From a virus (Duplodnaviria; Heunggongvirae; Uroviricota; Caudoviricetes), in the IMG/VR virus record IMGVR_UViG_3300028886_000034, positions 54,081-118,080 of that record: 64,000 bases of DNA, one strand, 5' to 3'. The notes beneath the pieces were generated by a model, which had not been told where the DNA came from, ran no database searches, and saw nothing but the letters and a program-made list of their open reading frames with translations. The translations under genes were made by a program, and so were the position numbers. Below, in pieces: positions 26,601 to 36,210 of this stretch. How positions within the stretch are numbered: position 1 is the stretch's first letter; the number at the start of each line of letters is the position of its first letter.

Positions 26601-28292
26601 ATGGATAGTATGTTAGTACAACTTAGGGAGATTTTGGATAAAGATAAGGAATTTATGGGTGAAGAGTTTCTTTCGGTATATTCCAGATTAGTTTTTGGTA
26701 AAAAGAATGATCCTCTAGTAATTAAATCTGCATCATATCTGTGTAAAGAATTTAAGACCTTTATTGATAAGGTAAAAAATAAGCAATCTCAGCAATATGT
26801 TGAATTTATTTCTTTGGATAAACTTCAACAGAAGATGCTTACCTACATCTCTAAATCATTTACACTAAATAATAAAGTAATTGATGGAGATATTGCTTTA
26901 GAGAAGTATAAGGCTTTTATTGATAATGATGTTGAACTATCTATTGAAGATAAAAATAAAGCGTTATCTATTGCTAAACAAGAAGAACTTATTCTTGATG
27001 TAGTTAATGAAATTCAAACAAGTTTTTCTAATAAGAAATGTATGTTCAATGCTTTGGGGCAAATTGAGCTATTGAAGAAATTTATTAATAATGGATATCT
27101 TGAATGTAATTCTTGGAATGAACTTGTTACTAAACTCCATACTATTTTAGGAAATGCTTTACTTGATGTTCAGTCTTACACTTATGATGCCGCTAATTCA
27201 TTAGATTTGTCTACAGTAACTATTACAGACCTTATTACTAATAACAATGAAGTAACTAAGATTAGTACTGGTTATAAGATGTTTGATAAGATCCTTCAGG
27301 GTGGATTCCAGAATCAAAGAATTTATATGTTTGGTGGAATTTCAGGTGGAGGAAAATCTCTAGTACTAGTTAATTTTGCTTATAGAGCTAAGTTGTTTCT
27401 TGATGAAAAATATAAAGAGGATTCTAATAAGCATACAGTACTTTATGTATCTCTTGAAAATAGTACTAAAGAGACTGGTGATAGATTTGTATGTTGTGCT
27501 TTAGGTCAATCTATTGTTGAAATTGAGAACAACTTTAATAATAAAGTTCTTACTAAAGAAGAGTATGATTATCAGATTAAAGAAGTCTTTAATCCAGATA
27601 ATACTAGAATTAATATTACTTATAGACCTGCTAAAAGTATTGATATCTATGATATCCAAACCATTATTACCGATATTGAAAGAAGTACTGGTACTAAAGT
27701 AGATATTCTGTTTGTAGATTATGCAGATAAAATGTCTGCTGTAAATGCTTCTAAATCAGATCAAGAATGGAGGGATTTAGGCTATATTGTAGATGAACTT
27801 AAATCCCTATCTATTAGCCTTAATATTCCTATTGTAACGGTTACTCAGCTTAACAGAGATACTTATAAGAATAAGGGTAAAGGTAATAGTTCTGAATTTA
27901 ATATGAATGGTGGAAATATTGCTGGGTCAATTAGAAAAAGAGAAAATGTTGACTTTTTCGCTATCTTTAACTTTAAGTCTAAAGAAGAAACTGATCTGAG
28001 TGTTCAAGAAGAATTCTCTGAAGAAAAAATTGATAAAGACTTCTATGATGAACATGATCAGTTTAAGAACACTTTAGATACTATTGAACCTGTCTATTGT
28101 ATTATTGATAAAAACAGAATGGGCCAGGATAATGTTAAATTCCCAGTATATATTGACTATCCTACTTACAGAATGCTGAACTATCCTAACGAAGTAGTTA
28201 ACCCTAAAGTTATTAATAATGTAGATATCTCTGTGGATAAGTATGAAAATGTTAGTAAGTTTGAAGAAAGACTTGAAGATACTGATATTTAA
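26601..28292 (+). CDS. DnaB/RepA-like replicative helicase (RecA-fold ATPase, 563 aa)
   Basis: It carries Walker A MFGGISGGGKSLVL, Walker B ILFVDYADKM, and a long N-terminal domain. A TAAGGAGGG Shine-Dalgarno precedes it. Confidence 0.6.
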   Translation: MDSMLVQLREILDKDKEFMGEEFLSVYSRLVFGKKNDPLVIKSASYLCKEFKTFIDKVKNKQSQQYVEFISLDKLQQKMLTYISKSFTLNNKVIDGDIALEKYKAFIDNDVELSIEDKNKALSIAKQEELILDVVNEIQTSFSNKKCMFNALGQIELLKKFINNGYLECNSWNELVTKLHTILGNALLDVQSYTYDAANSLDLSTVTITDLITNNNEVTKISTGYKMFDKILQGGFQNQRIYMFGGISGGGKSLVLVNFAYRAKLFLDEKYKEDSNKHTVLYVSLENSTKETGDRFVCCALGQSIVEIENNFNNKVLTKEEYDYQIKEVFNPDNTRINITYRPAKSIDIYDIQTIITDIERSTGTKVDILFVDYADKMSAVNASKSDQEWRDLGYIVDELKSLSISLNIPIVTVTQLNRDTYKNKGKGNSSEFNMNGGNIAGSIRKRENVDFFAIFNFKSKEETDLSVQEEFSEEKIDKDFYDEHDQFKNTLDTIEPVYCIIDKNRMGQDNVKFPVYIDYPTYRMLNYPNEVVNPKVINNVDISVDKYENVSKFEERLEDTDI

Positions 28293-28311
28293 ACAATAGG
28301 AGGAGTAGATT

Positions 28312-28755
28312 ATGAAAATTACTGCAACAGTTACTAGGTATTGTGGGTATAAAAGTATTGAAATTAGCCGCTGGAAAAGTGATGAATATGTTGTTGAATC
28401 AAATAATTTATATGATGTGGTTCCGTGGATTGCAGAAAAAATCTGTACTGAGTTTAGTATCGATTTAAATACTATGTATTGCAGACTTATGATAAATGTG
28501 CTGGACGATACTCATTTAAACGTTTATTCTGAAGAAAGCCACATCAATGTTTATGAAGATATTAAAAGTCAAATTGCAAATCTTATTAAAGCTCAATTGA
28601 ATAATCGGGATAATTTACCTTGTACATTTATCCAAGATAAGTCTGTATTTATATTGAATATGTATGCAAAACTAAATAATGGTGGAAATGTTTTGATTAC
28701 TGATGAATGGAGTAATGAGTATTTGCCATCAATACAGATTACTGTTCAAAACTAA
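28312..28755 (+). CDS. hypothetical protein (147 aa)
   Basis: An AGGAGG Shine-Dalgarno precedes it. Confidence 0.55.
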   Translation: MKITATVTRYCGYKSIEISRWKSDEYVVESNNLYDVVPWIAEKICTEFSIDLNTMYCRLMINVLDDTHLNVYSEESHINVYEDIKSQIANLIKAQLNNRDNLPCTFIQDKSVFILNMYAKLNNGGNVLITDEWSNEYLPSIQITVQN

Positions 28756-28817
28756 TTCAAGAGTAAGCAAAAAGAAACCCCTTCCAGTCAGGGTCTCTTT
28801 TCGCCTCTACGGAGACG

Positions 28818-29039
28818 CTACCAGCGCTCCCATCTGTGGCTCTTGGGATTGAACCACAGAAGGACGCGACCGGTTTCGTCCTCGATCCATCGGCCCTGCA
28901 ATTTTCTGCTGGGCTTCTGAGCGAGAACGACGCGCACCTCCAGCTCCGCTTCGGCGGGGTTGGATGTGCGAACGTCCCAGTAGAAGCTTTCGTCTTCACG
29001 GTCGATGACCGCGATGACGATAAACTTCACTTCGTTCAT
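28818..29039 (-). CDS. small hypothetical protein (73 aa) inside GC-rich island 1
   Basis: A strong AAGGAGGTGAAAGA-ATG context is seen on the minus strand. The codon usage is GC-rich and unlike the rest of the phage. Confidence 0.4.
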   Translation of the reverse strand: MNEVKFIVIAVIDREDESFYWDVRTSNPAEAELEVRVVLAQKPSRKLQGRWIEDETGRVLLWFNPKSHRWERW

Positions 29040-29325
29040 TCTTTCACCTCCTTGGTGAATAATCCAGACTACACCCTTTCCTCCTTTCAGTCTGGACCCC
29101 TAAGATTAAATAGTTTGGAAAGTCGCCCTTAGGGTGCTGTGAATATCTTTCCAACGCTGCTTTGCCCATGCTGGTAGGCACACTTGCAGCTAGTGCTTTC
29201 GGTCCCTGAGTTACGTGTTACGTTGGACCTAGACTCTCTGCTTTAGGTAAGAGAGACTTTCACCTTACTCAACTTTACGGCTTGAGTTTACCGTAATACG
29301 CTGCCCCTAAAACTGAAACAGCGCT

Positions 29326-29354
29326 AATATAATATACATATAAAAATATGTTAA
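29326..29354 (-). promoter_or_regulatory. minus-strand promoter TTAACA-N17-TATATT at the edge of GC island 1
   Basis: On the minus strand the -35 TTAACA is at 29354-29349 and the -10 TATATT at 29331-29326. The predicted start site coincides with the first GC-rich base. Confidence 0.4.
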
Positions 29355-29356
29355 TA

Positions 29357-29393
29357 AAACTAGGGGACTATCAATAGTCCCCTAGTTTTATTT
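29357..29393. terminator. bidirectional hairpin terminator
   Basis: A 16-bp stem AAAACTAGGGGACTAT/ATAGTCCCCTAGTTTT has a CAAT loop. It overlaps the stop of the minus-strand gene 29388-29741. Confidence 0.6.
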
Positions 29394-29741
29394 AGGATAG
29401 CAGCAAAGGCCGTTACATCCAATGTGCTTCCCAGCGCTATCTCTGATTGCTTCTCCAGTAATGAATACATCTTTTCTTCTTTCTGGAAGAAGCTCCCATA
29501 TTGCAGTTCCTGCGATTGCTGATACAACAAACACTTTGCCTTCTTCTGAAGAAGGAAGATTCTTTACTTCCCCAAAGTATTTGGCACTAACAGTAATTTC
29601 TCCTTCAGATGTTTCGATAGTTTTTCTTGTTTCAGTTTTTTCCACCAATCTTACAGGAGGCAGATTAGATGGTGGAATACTAATCATGCCGTTACTAGTT
29701 TTGATGTTGATTTCGTGAGGGGTGAGATTAACAATTGTCAT
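29388..29741 (-). CDS. hypothetical protein (117 aa)
   Basis: The ORF is on the minus strand. Confidence 0.5.
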   Translation of the reverse strand: MTIVNLTPHEINIKTSNGMISIPPSNLPPVRLVEKTETRKTIETSEGEITVSAKYFGEVKNLPSSEEGKVFVVSAIAGTAIWELLPERRKDVFITGEAIRDSAGKHIGCNGLCCYPK

Positions 29742-29819
29742 AATAACACGCTCCTTTAAGATTTATAATAAGAATGACACAGTAATAAAATATATATGCA
29801 AAGTTCATCACATTTCTAC

Positions 29820-29848
29820 TTGACAACTATTTTACTTTCTGGTAATAT
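29820..29848 (+). promoter_or_regulatory. sigma70-type promoter TTGACA-N17-TAATAT
   Basis: The -35 is at 29820-29825 and the -10 at 29843-29848. It lies upstream of the methyltransferase gene. Confidence 0.5.
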
Positions 29849-29879
29849 CTTCTTATAAAGATTAGGGAGGTATTCATTA

Positions 29880-30416
29880 ATGAATACAGATGTTATGTTT
29901 AGCAGTAAAACAGATGAATGGGCAACTCCACAGGATTTGTTTGATTATTTTAACAGTATTTATCATTTTACTTTGGATGTATGTGCCGATGAAACTAATC
30001 ATAAATGTGAAAAGTATTTTACAAAAGAAATGGATGGACTTAAACAAGATTGGGATGGGGTTTTTTGGATGAACCCTCCTTATGGAAGGGATATTGGTAA
30101 ATGGGTAGAAAAAGCTTATAATGAAGCATATAAGCATGATGATAATGTAGGAGTACTTCTTCTCCCAGCTAGAACTGACACTAAATGGTTTCATAAGTAC
30201 TGTGTAAAGGGAGATATCATTTTTATTAAGGGTAGGCTTAAGTTTGGTAATAGCAAAAACTCAGCCCCATTTCCTTCGATGATAGTTATTTTTAGTGGGA
30301 CAGCCCCAAATACATTTATCCAAATATTCAAAAAGGGAAGCAGCTTTCCAGAAGTGTTGCCAACATATAAAACAGTTTATACTGGATGCACAATTAGTGT
30401 AATTGATAAGCAATGA
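29880..30416 (+). CDS. phage-type DNA N6-adenine methyltransferase (Dam-like)
   Basis: It carries the N-terminal EWATPQDLFDYFN...FTLDVCA motif and the catalytic NPPYGR. A GGGAGG Shine-Dalgarno precedes it. Confidence 0.75.
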   Translation: MNTDVMFSSKTDEWATPQDLFDYFNSIYHFTLDVCADETNHKCEKYFTKEMDGLKQDWDGVFWMNPPYGRDIGKWVEKAYNEAYKHDDNVGVLLLPARTDTKWFHKYCVKGDIIFIKGRLKFGNSKNSAPFPSMIVIFSGTAPNTFIQIFKKGSSFPEVLPTYKTVYTGCTISVIDKQ

Positions 30417-30578
30417 TTGATATTATTTATTATTTGGTTTTCTTTATAGTTATCACTGGGTTATATTGGATATTACAGTATATAGTGTTTAGTATTATAG
30501 CAGATATAGTTAGTTTTGGTTCGATCACGAAGCAAAAACTTGAATCGAATAAGAAACAGAAAGTAGGGTTTAATTAAG

Positions 30579-31130
30579 ATGGAATTCTTTATTGCAGACC
30601 TTCATTTTGATGATGAGAATATAATTAAGTATTACCATAGGCCTTTTAAAGATGTAGATGAAATGAATCAGAAACTTATAGATAATATTGTTGAAAAATT
30701 TAAAACATGTAAAACTGATTATTATCCTACACAAGCTAATCCTATTAAATTTTTTATATTGGGTGATTTTGGTAATGAAGAGTATTTATATAAGATACTC
30801 GATAGATTAATTGATGAAGAGTTATGGATAGAGATGATTGTGGTTAAGGGGAATCATGATAGGAATTATCTATTAGGTAATGGCAGGTATGTTGGTGTAG
30901 AGTTTTCAAGATATCCAATTATGTATAATGGATTGTGGCTAAGTCATGAACCAATTACCTATATGCCTTCAGAATGTCCTTATCTTAATATACACGGTCA
31001 TACACATAATCTAAGATATGGTAATGGTGGAAGTTGGGCGGATGGTAATAGGTATTATAATGTAAGCGTTGAGAATACACATTATTATCCTATTAGTTTA
31101 GATCGAATTAAGAAGGAGATGTTTATTTAA
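30579..31130 (+). CDS. calcineurin-like metallophosphoesterase (183 aa)
   Basis: The ordered motifs are IADLHFD, ILGDFGN, VKGNHD and IHGHTHN. Confidence 0.65.
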   Translation: MEFFIADLHFDDENIIKYYHRPFKDVDEMNQKLIDNIVEKFKTCKTDYYPTQANPIKFFILGDFGNEEYLYKILDRLIDEELWIEMIVVKGNHDRNYLLGNGRYVGVEFSRYPIMYNGLWLSHEPITYMPSECPYLNIHGHTHNLRYGNGGSWADGNRYYNVSVENTHYYPISLDRIKKEMFI

Positions 31131-31268
31131 AATGTTTGATGCTCAGACTATGGATATTTTAAGAGAACTAACTGCTATTAGACGGCTTTTGGAAGAGCTT
31201 GTTGATAAATTGCAGAAGAATACTGACAAGCCTAGATGGTATGAAGATTGATGGAGGTGAGTTAAGTA

Positions 31269-31586
31269 ATGGATGACGGAATTATTAAAGATTTAGGTAA
31301 TGGAGTATTTATTCATGATGGGGTTTTTAGAACTCCGATTCCTGAACGAAAAATTTGTAATTATGACAATTTTAACTTATCAGAAATGTTAAATCATTTG
31401 TGTGAAGTTCTTGATAGGATTGATTCTAGATTACAATTTATAGAAAACACAGTTAAGAACTCTGGGAATAAGTCTAATTATCCTCAGTTTCCAGAAGGAC
31501 CAGATAAGCCTGGTTTCCCTGTAAGATATTCTTATCCATTCTCAGAAGGTCCTAATGATTATCCGCCTGGACCATCTATTACATAA
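31269..31586 (+). CDS. hypothetical protein with Pro-rich C-terminus (105 aa)
   Basis: The C-terminus reads PQFPEGPDKPGFP...PPGPSIT. Confidence 0.5.
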   Translation: MDDGIIKDLGNGVFIHDGVFRTPIPERKICNYDNFNLSEMLNHLCEVLDRIDSRLQFIENTVKNSGNKSNYPQFPEGPDKPGFPVRYSYPFSEGPNDYPPGPSIT

Positions 31587-31627
31587 AACGATGTTTAGTT
31601 TAAATACTATATAGGAGGAGAGTTACA

Positions 31628-32401
31628 ATGTTTAAAAATAATTTTGTACTTAAATCTTCATTTGCTATTGGTGGTTTGGTTGGGCTGTTTATTCTGTTTC
31701 TTGTAATGGGTGGATTTACTATTATTGATAGCGGAGAAATGGGAATGATCTTCAGATTTGGCAGGTATCAGTATAGTATTACCGAAGGACTGAACTTTAA
31801 AGTCCCATTTATTGATTCAGTGACTAAAGTAAGTATTAGAGATAGGAACTTTAATTCTAAGATTGAGATTAGCTCTAAGGATATGCAGACTATTGTAATT
31901 GAATCTACACTAGTATTTGCATTTGATCCGGATAAACTTGGAGATATCTATAAGTCATATAAGAATAAAGTTGAAGAGATTGTTATCAGACCAACAGTGT
32001 ATGAGATTATTAATAGTGTTTGTGCATCTTATCCTATTGAAAAATTTGTTGAGTCTAGAGAAGAGATTTCACATAAGATTTTGACTGCTATTATTGAAAA
32101 GACTTCTGGAACAGGTATTGTGGTTAAGAAGTTCTATATTACTAATCATGATTTTAGTGATGAGTACAACAAAGCTATTGAAAATAAGAAGGTAGCTGAA
32201 CAAGAAGCTCTTACTGCGCAGTATATTAAGCAGAAGAATATTCTTGAAAGTGAAGCTCAGGCTATTAAGACTAAAACACTTAGCCCACTTGTTCTTATGG
32301 AAAAAGCAGTTGATAAGTGGGATGGTCATATGCCAAAGATTCTTAATGTTAATGGTAGTATTCCTATTGTAGGTAATATTCCAGTAGACGAGGTTAAGTA
32401 A
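31628..32401 (+). CDS. SPFH/band-7 (prohibitin/HflC-like) domain membrane protein
   Basis: An N-terminal transmembrane helix is followed by the SPFH core GEMGMIFRFGRYQ...GLNFKVPFIDSV. An AGGAGGAG Shine-Dalgarno precedes it. Confidence 0.6.
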   Translation: MFKNNFVLKSSFAIGGLVGLFILFLVMGGFTIIDSGEMGMIFRFGRYQYSITEGLNFKVPFIDSVTKVSIRDRNFNSKIEISSKDMQTIVIESTLVFAFDPDKLGDIYKSYKNKVEEIVIRPTVYEIINSVCASYPIEKFVESREEISHKILTAIIEKTSGTGIVVKKFYITNHDFSDEYNKAIENKKVAEQEALTAQYIKQKNILESEAQAIKTKTLSPLVLMEKAVDKWDGHMPKILNVNGSIPIVGNIPVDEVK

Positions 32402-32402
32402 T

Positions 32403-32810
32403 TTGGATACTGACCACGAGTGGAAAAAACTAACAGATTTTGATGCTGATGAATGGAGAGCATATCGAGATACTCCAGAATATAGAAAATGGCTTAAAGA
32501 ATTTGATGAAAAGGCTTATAAGAAACTTAGAAGAACGTATTTAGATTATCCCTATATAGAGAAGTATATATTTTCCTGGCATAAGAATAATAAAAATAGA
32601 GAAGAAGTTCCTGTTAATCATTTAAGTAGATTTAGAACCATTACAATCACTTATGAGCTAAAAGATAAAACAACTCCGGATCTATTACTCCAAGCTTTTG
32701 GCTCTAATGTAAATCTATTTCCAGATATAAAAGTACTTACAGTACATTCTGAATACACTAAAGACCCTTTGGGCAAAGTTATTGAGGAGGAAAATAAGAA
32801 TGAAGATTGA
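32403..32810 (+). CDS. hypothetical protein (135 aa), probable TTG start
   Basis: There is no in-frame ATG near the 5' end. The TTG at 32403 follows GAGG. Confidence 0.45.
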   Translation: MDTDHEWKKLTDFDADEWRAYRDTPEYRKWLKEFDEKAYKKLRRTYLDYPYIEKYIFSWHKNNKNREEVPVNHLSRFRTITITYELKDKTTPDLLLQAFGSNVNLFPDIKVLTVHSEYTKDPLGKVIEEENKNED

Positions 32811-33309
32811 TATTTTTTCTGTAAAGATTGGCATTACTGGTAGAAATAATGAAAATCCTGATGAGATGACAGACATTATGTCCGTTTCTATTATTCCGGA
32901 TGAAGAAACTTTTAAGGATAAAGAAAAAGTACCAGTAGTTAATATTAATTTTATGGTTACTTCATATAAAGAAGAAGATATTGATTATATTTGTAGTAAG
33001 AAATGGGTAAATTCATTTTTGATTACTTCAGGTATTTTCCAGCTGTTTAGGCGAGTTAATTTTGCTTGTAATATTAGTGTTGATAATGAGGACAATTATA
33101 GTAAAGCAGTTAAAGACAAGCTTTCAAATATGCTGAATGAGTTTGTTAAGATGCTTGAAGATATTATTAATGATAAGTATGTTATGGCTTGGACTGAAAA
33201 ACCTGTGTTTACAGTTACTACTGATGAAGAGGCTACCAAAGAGAATGTAGAAGATACTGAGGAGGTAAAGGAAGATGAAACCATTGACAGTGGGGAGACA
33301 AACATTTGA
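32800..33309 (+). CDS. hypothetical protein with acidic C-terminus (169 aa)
   Basis: AGGAGG lies 9 nt before the ATG at 32800. Confidence 0.5.
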   Translation: MKIDIFSVKIGITGRNNENPDEMTDIMSVSIIPDEETFKDKEKVPVVNINFMVTSYKEEDIDYICSKKWVNSFLITSGIFQLFRRVNFACNISVDNEDNYSKAVKDKLSNMLNEFVKMLEDIINDKYVMAWTEKPVFTVTTDEEATKENVEDTEEVKEDETIDSGETNI

Positions 33310-33419
33310 TATCATGACTCCTTATGGAGATGTTGATTATATCTTTATAATATTTTATATTCTGCTCGTAGCGACTTTGTATTGTCTAATCAAGTTTTTT
33401 TGGAAGGAGTAATAATACT

Positions 33420-33641
33420 ATGATCTATACTAAGGATTCTTCTGGATTTGAACTTACTATTGGTGATAAGGTTATGGCTATTCAAAAAGTTTATGATGAA
33501 AGGCTTGGGGTATATAGGCCTACTTTAGTTAAGGCAGTAGTTTATAGTATTGGGCCTAAGATGATTACAGTAAGAGATGAAACTTTCTACTGTTGGAGAA
33601 TTTATCCAAATCAGTGTGTTAAGAGGTTTGGAAATGAATAA
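33420..33641 (+). CDS. small hypothetical protein (73 aa)
   Basis: An AAGGAG Shine-Dalgarno precedes it. Confidence 0.45.
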   Translation: MIYTKDSSGFELTIGDKVMAIQKVYDERLGVYRPTLVKAVVYSIGPKMITVRDETFYCWRIYPNQCVKRFGNE

Positions 33642-34068
33642 AGATGATCTAATTAGATTCTTAAAAGAAATTGGTAAAACTACTTTAGAGTTTAATCCTA
33701 ATATTTATAAAAGCTTAAATGCTAATGAGTATCATTGGGATAAGTATTTAAGTGGCGATATTTATGATCTTTATGAAACGGATGATGCTCCATTTTATAG
33801 ATATAGTGATTTAACTAAACTTGATACCAATAGTAATACTACGGAAAAGTATTTAGATAATATGATTGCGGCCTGTGATGTTGATAATTTACTTATCATA
33901 TTTTTAGGATATCATAATGAAGATTCTTCATTAGATTTATATGCAACAGAGCATTTGATCGATTATCCCGCATATAGGCTTTTAGCTATTTTTAAGTTAG
34001 ATGAATTGAGTAAGTATGGGTTTATTATTAAGATTAATTTCAGGGAGGAAGCACGAGATGCCAGTTAA
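33634..34068 (+). CDS. hypothetical protein (144 aa)
   Basis: The ATG at 33634 overlaps the upstream stop. Confidence 0.5.
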   Translation: MNKDDLIRFLKEIGKTTLEFNPNIYKSLNANEYHWDKYLSGDIYDLYETDDAPFYRYSDLTKLDTNSNTTEKYLDNMIAACDVDNLLIIFLGYHNEDSSLDLYATEHLIDYPAYRLLAIFKLDELSKYGFIIKINFREEARDAS

Positions 34069-34795
34069 AGAATTGAATCTTGAGGAGTTAAAAAAAGAAG
34101 AGCCCATTAATGTAATTAAAACAGTATTAGGATGGGGTTTATCTTTAATTAATGAGAATAAGATGCTTAGAGAAGAATTGGACAGACTTAAAGATAATAA
34201 GTTTAACTGGTATGAGAAAGAGAATCTTATACCTACTCCAGAAGATACTCCTGAAGAAAAGAAGATTAAGATTTTAACTTGGAGACTCTGGCAAGCTAAA
34301 AAATCACATAAAGAGTATAAACAAAAAATTGAAGCTGAACTCGAAAGTTTAAATAAAGATCTCAAGAAAGTTGATGAAAGATATAGAAAAGCTGCTAGAT
34401 TTGAATATGATGATAAAAGCTTTGAAGGATTACTAGATTTTAGTCATAATATTAGACAATATCTTATTAGTGGTCTTAAACATATGAAATCCTGTTCAGC
34501 TTGTTTAGATAAAACTTGTCCGTATGATATTAGTCGTAAGAAAGATGAGAATGGAGAGTTTATTAAAAAAATTGAAAGTCTTGGAAGTGAATCATATATC
34601 TGGACTGGATATGAGGAAAAACCTAAAGAAGAATCTAGAAGAGAATGGGGAACTATTCTGGGTAAGATGATCAAAGCATTAGAACTTAAAGAAAAGTATT
34701 TTTGTGATGAATATAATATGCCAAACCAAGATAAAAAGATTATTAAAGAAGGAATGGAACTGTTAATTAAATATCAAGATGAGTTTATTTATTAG
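34058..34795 (+). CDS. coiled-coil/Lys-Glu-rich hypothetical protein (245 aa)
   Basis: A GGGAGGAAG Shine-Dalgarno precedes it. Confidence 0.55.
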   Translation: MPVKELNLEELKKEEPINVIKTVLGWGLSLINENKMLREELDRLKDNKFNWYEKENLIPTPEDTPEEKKIKILTWRLWQAKKSHKEYKQKIEAELESLNKDLKKVDERYRKAARFEYDDKSFEGLLDFSHNIRQYLISGLKHMKSCSACLDKTCPYDISRKKDENGEFIKKIESLGSESYIWTGYEEKPKEESRREWGTILGKMIKALELKEKYFCDEYNMPNQDKKIIKEGMELLIKYQDEFIY

Positions 34796-34805
34796 GTGAT
34801 ATACT

Positions 34806-35003
34806 GTGGATTATGAATTTGTAAACGGTAATGAAGGGCTAAACACTTGCCCTTTTTGTAAAAGTTGTGCTGAAGGAGTAGCTAAAGAAAAAGGTAAATA
34901 TTTTGTAGTTTGTGATAATCCTTATTGTTTAGCTACCGGACCTAGATGTGATACCATTGAAGAAGCAATTAAATTTTGGAATCAAGCAACTAAGGGGGAT
35001 TAA
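34806..35003 (+). CDS. small Zn-ribbon protein (CPFC...C...C), Lar-like restriction-alleviation family candidate
   Basis: It has a GTG start with an AGGTGAT Shine-Dalgarno. The cysteine pattern is LNTCPFCKSC...VVCDNPYC...PRC. Confidence 0.4.
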   Translation: MDYEFVNGNEGLNTCPFCKSCAEGVAKEKGKYFVVCDNPYCLATGPRCDTIEEAIKFWNQATKGD

Positions 35004-35008
35004 TTTAT

Positions 35009-35461
35009 ATGAATAAGTTTGCATGCATTAAGCTTCTTGCAGTTGTTACTCAGCCTACTCATGGTGTAATTGTATTTAAACAGCATTTCAAAGATGAGTC
35101 TGCTTGGTCAGAGGCTTTTATGGATAATATTAGCACTAAGGTATTTGATTATAATGAGCATCTTAAACTTCACCCAGAAGATGTTTATACTATTGAAGAT
35201 TATGAAGTAAAGGAATCTTGTAAAGATAATCCATTGATTCATTGTAAGCATTTTACAGTGGTTAATAAAGGGGATAAACTTCATAGAGAAGACAAATTTG
35301 TTGGCAAAGTTGGTGTTAAATACGATGAAGATTATAATCTAATTCATGTATGGTTTAGCACTAATGATAATGATGATCATTATATGTACTTAGGCTGTGT
35401 TAACAAATTTGATCTTGAGAAGTACCATGGTGTTAGTGTGATGTTTGCTTATAAGGACTAA
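35009..35461 (+). CDS. hypothetical protein (150 aa)
   Basis: An AAGGGGGA Shine-Dalgarno precedes it. Confidence 0.55.
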   Translation: MNKFACIKLLAVVTQPTHGVIVFKQHFKDESAWSEAFMDNISTKVFDYNEHLKLHPEDVYTIEDYEVKESCKDNPLIHCKHFTVVNKGDKLHREDKFVGKVGVKYDEDYNLIHVWFSTNDNDDHYMYLGCVNKFDLEKYHGVSVMFAYKD

Positions 35462-35466
35462 ATAAA

Positions 35467-36210
35467 ATGGATAAAGAACAAGTTTACTATGTATTAACTA
35501 ATTGTGGTATTTCAGATAGAACAATTAAGTTTCATATTGAGAATACATATAATCCGCCACGAATATGCTATGATAAAGTTACTTCAGATGTGTATCATAT
35601 TCAGGATAAGTTATTTGATGCAAAGACTGGTGAAGAAGATACTGATGATGAGTATATGAAGGATCTTAGATTTGAATATGACCTTAAAGATGAAGTAGTA
35701 TATATCTATTGTAAAACTAATCTAGACCCCGAAGAAAAACTTCTATATGCTTTGACTAAAAGATTTATTGAGAACCACTTTGAACCTAGTCAAAGCCATC
35801 TTAAGATAGATGTGGACTTAACTCTTCCTGGTCAACAAAAATGCCCTCCTGATGCAACTGATACAGAAAGATTTAAGATCTATATTAAAAATACGAGTTT
35901 AACTATGATTGAGCTTAATGATAAGTATAATTGTGGCTATAGGTTTTATGGTGGTCATGATTATTGTAATGATGTTCACCTTAGAGAATGGAGTATGCAA
36001 GCAAACCTTAGATTAGAAACTATGTGCTATGATGCGTCTAAAGACTTTGCTAGTATGGTTTCTTTTACGTATTTTAAGGATACTAATATTGCATACTTTA
36101 AGTTCTGGGATCAAACAGGTGATGGAACAACAGCAACCTTGAAATATGAAATGGCCCTTACTAAAAATCAATTAGAAAGGCTTGGTGTTAGAATTGTCTC
36201 AAATATTTAG
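35467..36210 (+). CDS. hypothetical protein (247 aa)
   Basis: ORF only. Confidence 0.55.
   Translation: MDKEQVYYVLTNCGISDRTIKFHIENTYNPPRICYDKVTSDVYHIQDKLFDAKTGEEDTDDEYMKDLRFEYDLKDEVVYIYCKTNLDPEEKLLYALTKRFIENHFEPSQSHLKIDVDLTLPGQQKCPPDATDTERFKIYIKNTSLTMIELNDKYNCGYRFYGGHDYCNDVHLREWSMQANLRLETMCYDASKDFASMVSFTYFKDTNIAYFKFWDQTGDGTTATLKYEMALTKNQLERLGVRIVSNI

Noticed and set aside
28757-29132. Alternative ORFs in GC island 1 (28836-29132 plus strand, 28757-28999 minus strand)
   Set aside because: GC-rich DNA generates long open frames in all phases. Only the 28818-29039 minus frame has a strong Shine-Dalgarno and ATG, so the others are treated as shadow ORFs.
29040-29330. Resemblance of GGGCAAAGC / CGAAAGCAC segments in the island-1 leader to c-di-GMP-I (GEMM) riboswitch elements
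   Set aside because: Only short motif-level similarity was found. I could not reconstruct the two-hairpin GEMM architecture by eye, so I leave it as an unclassified structured leader.
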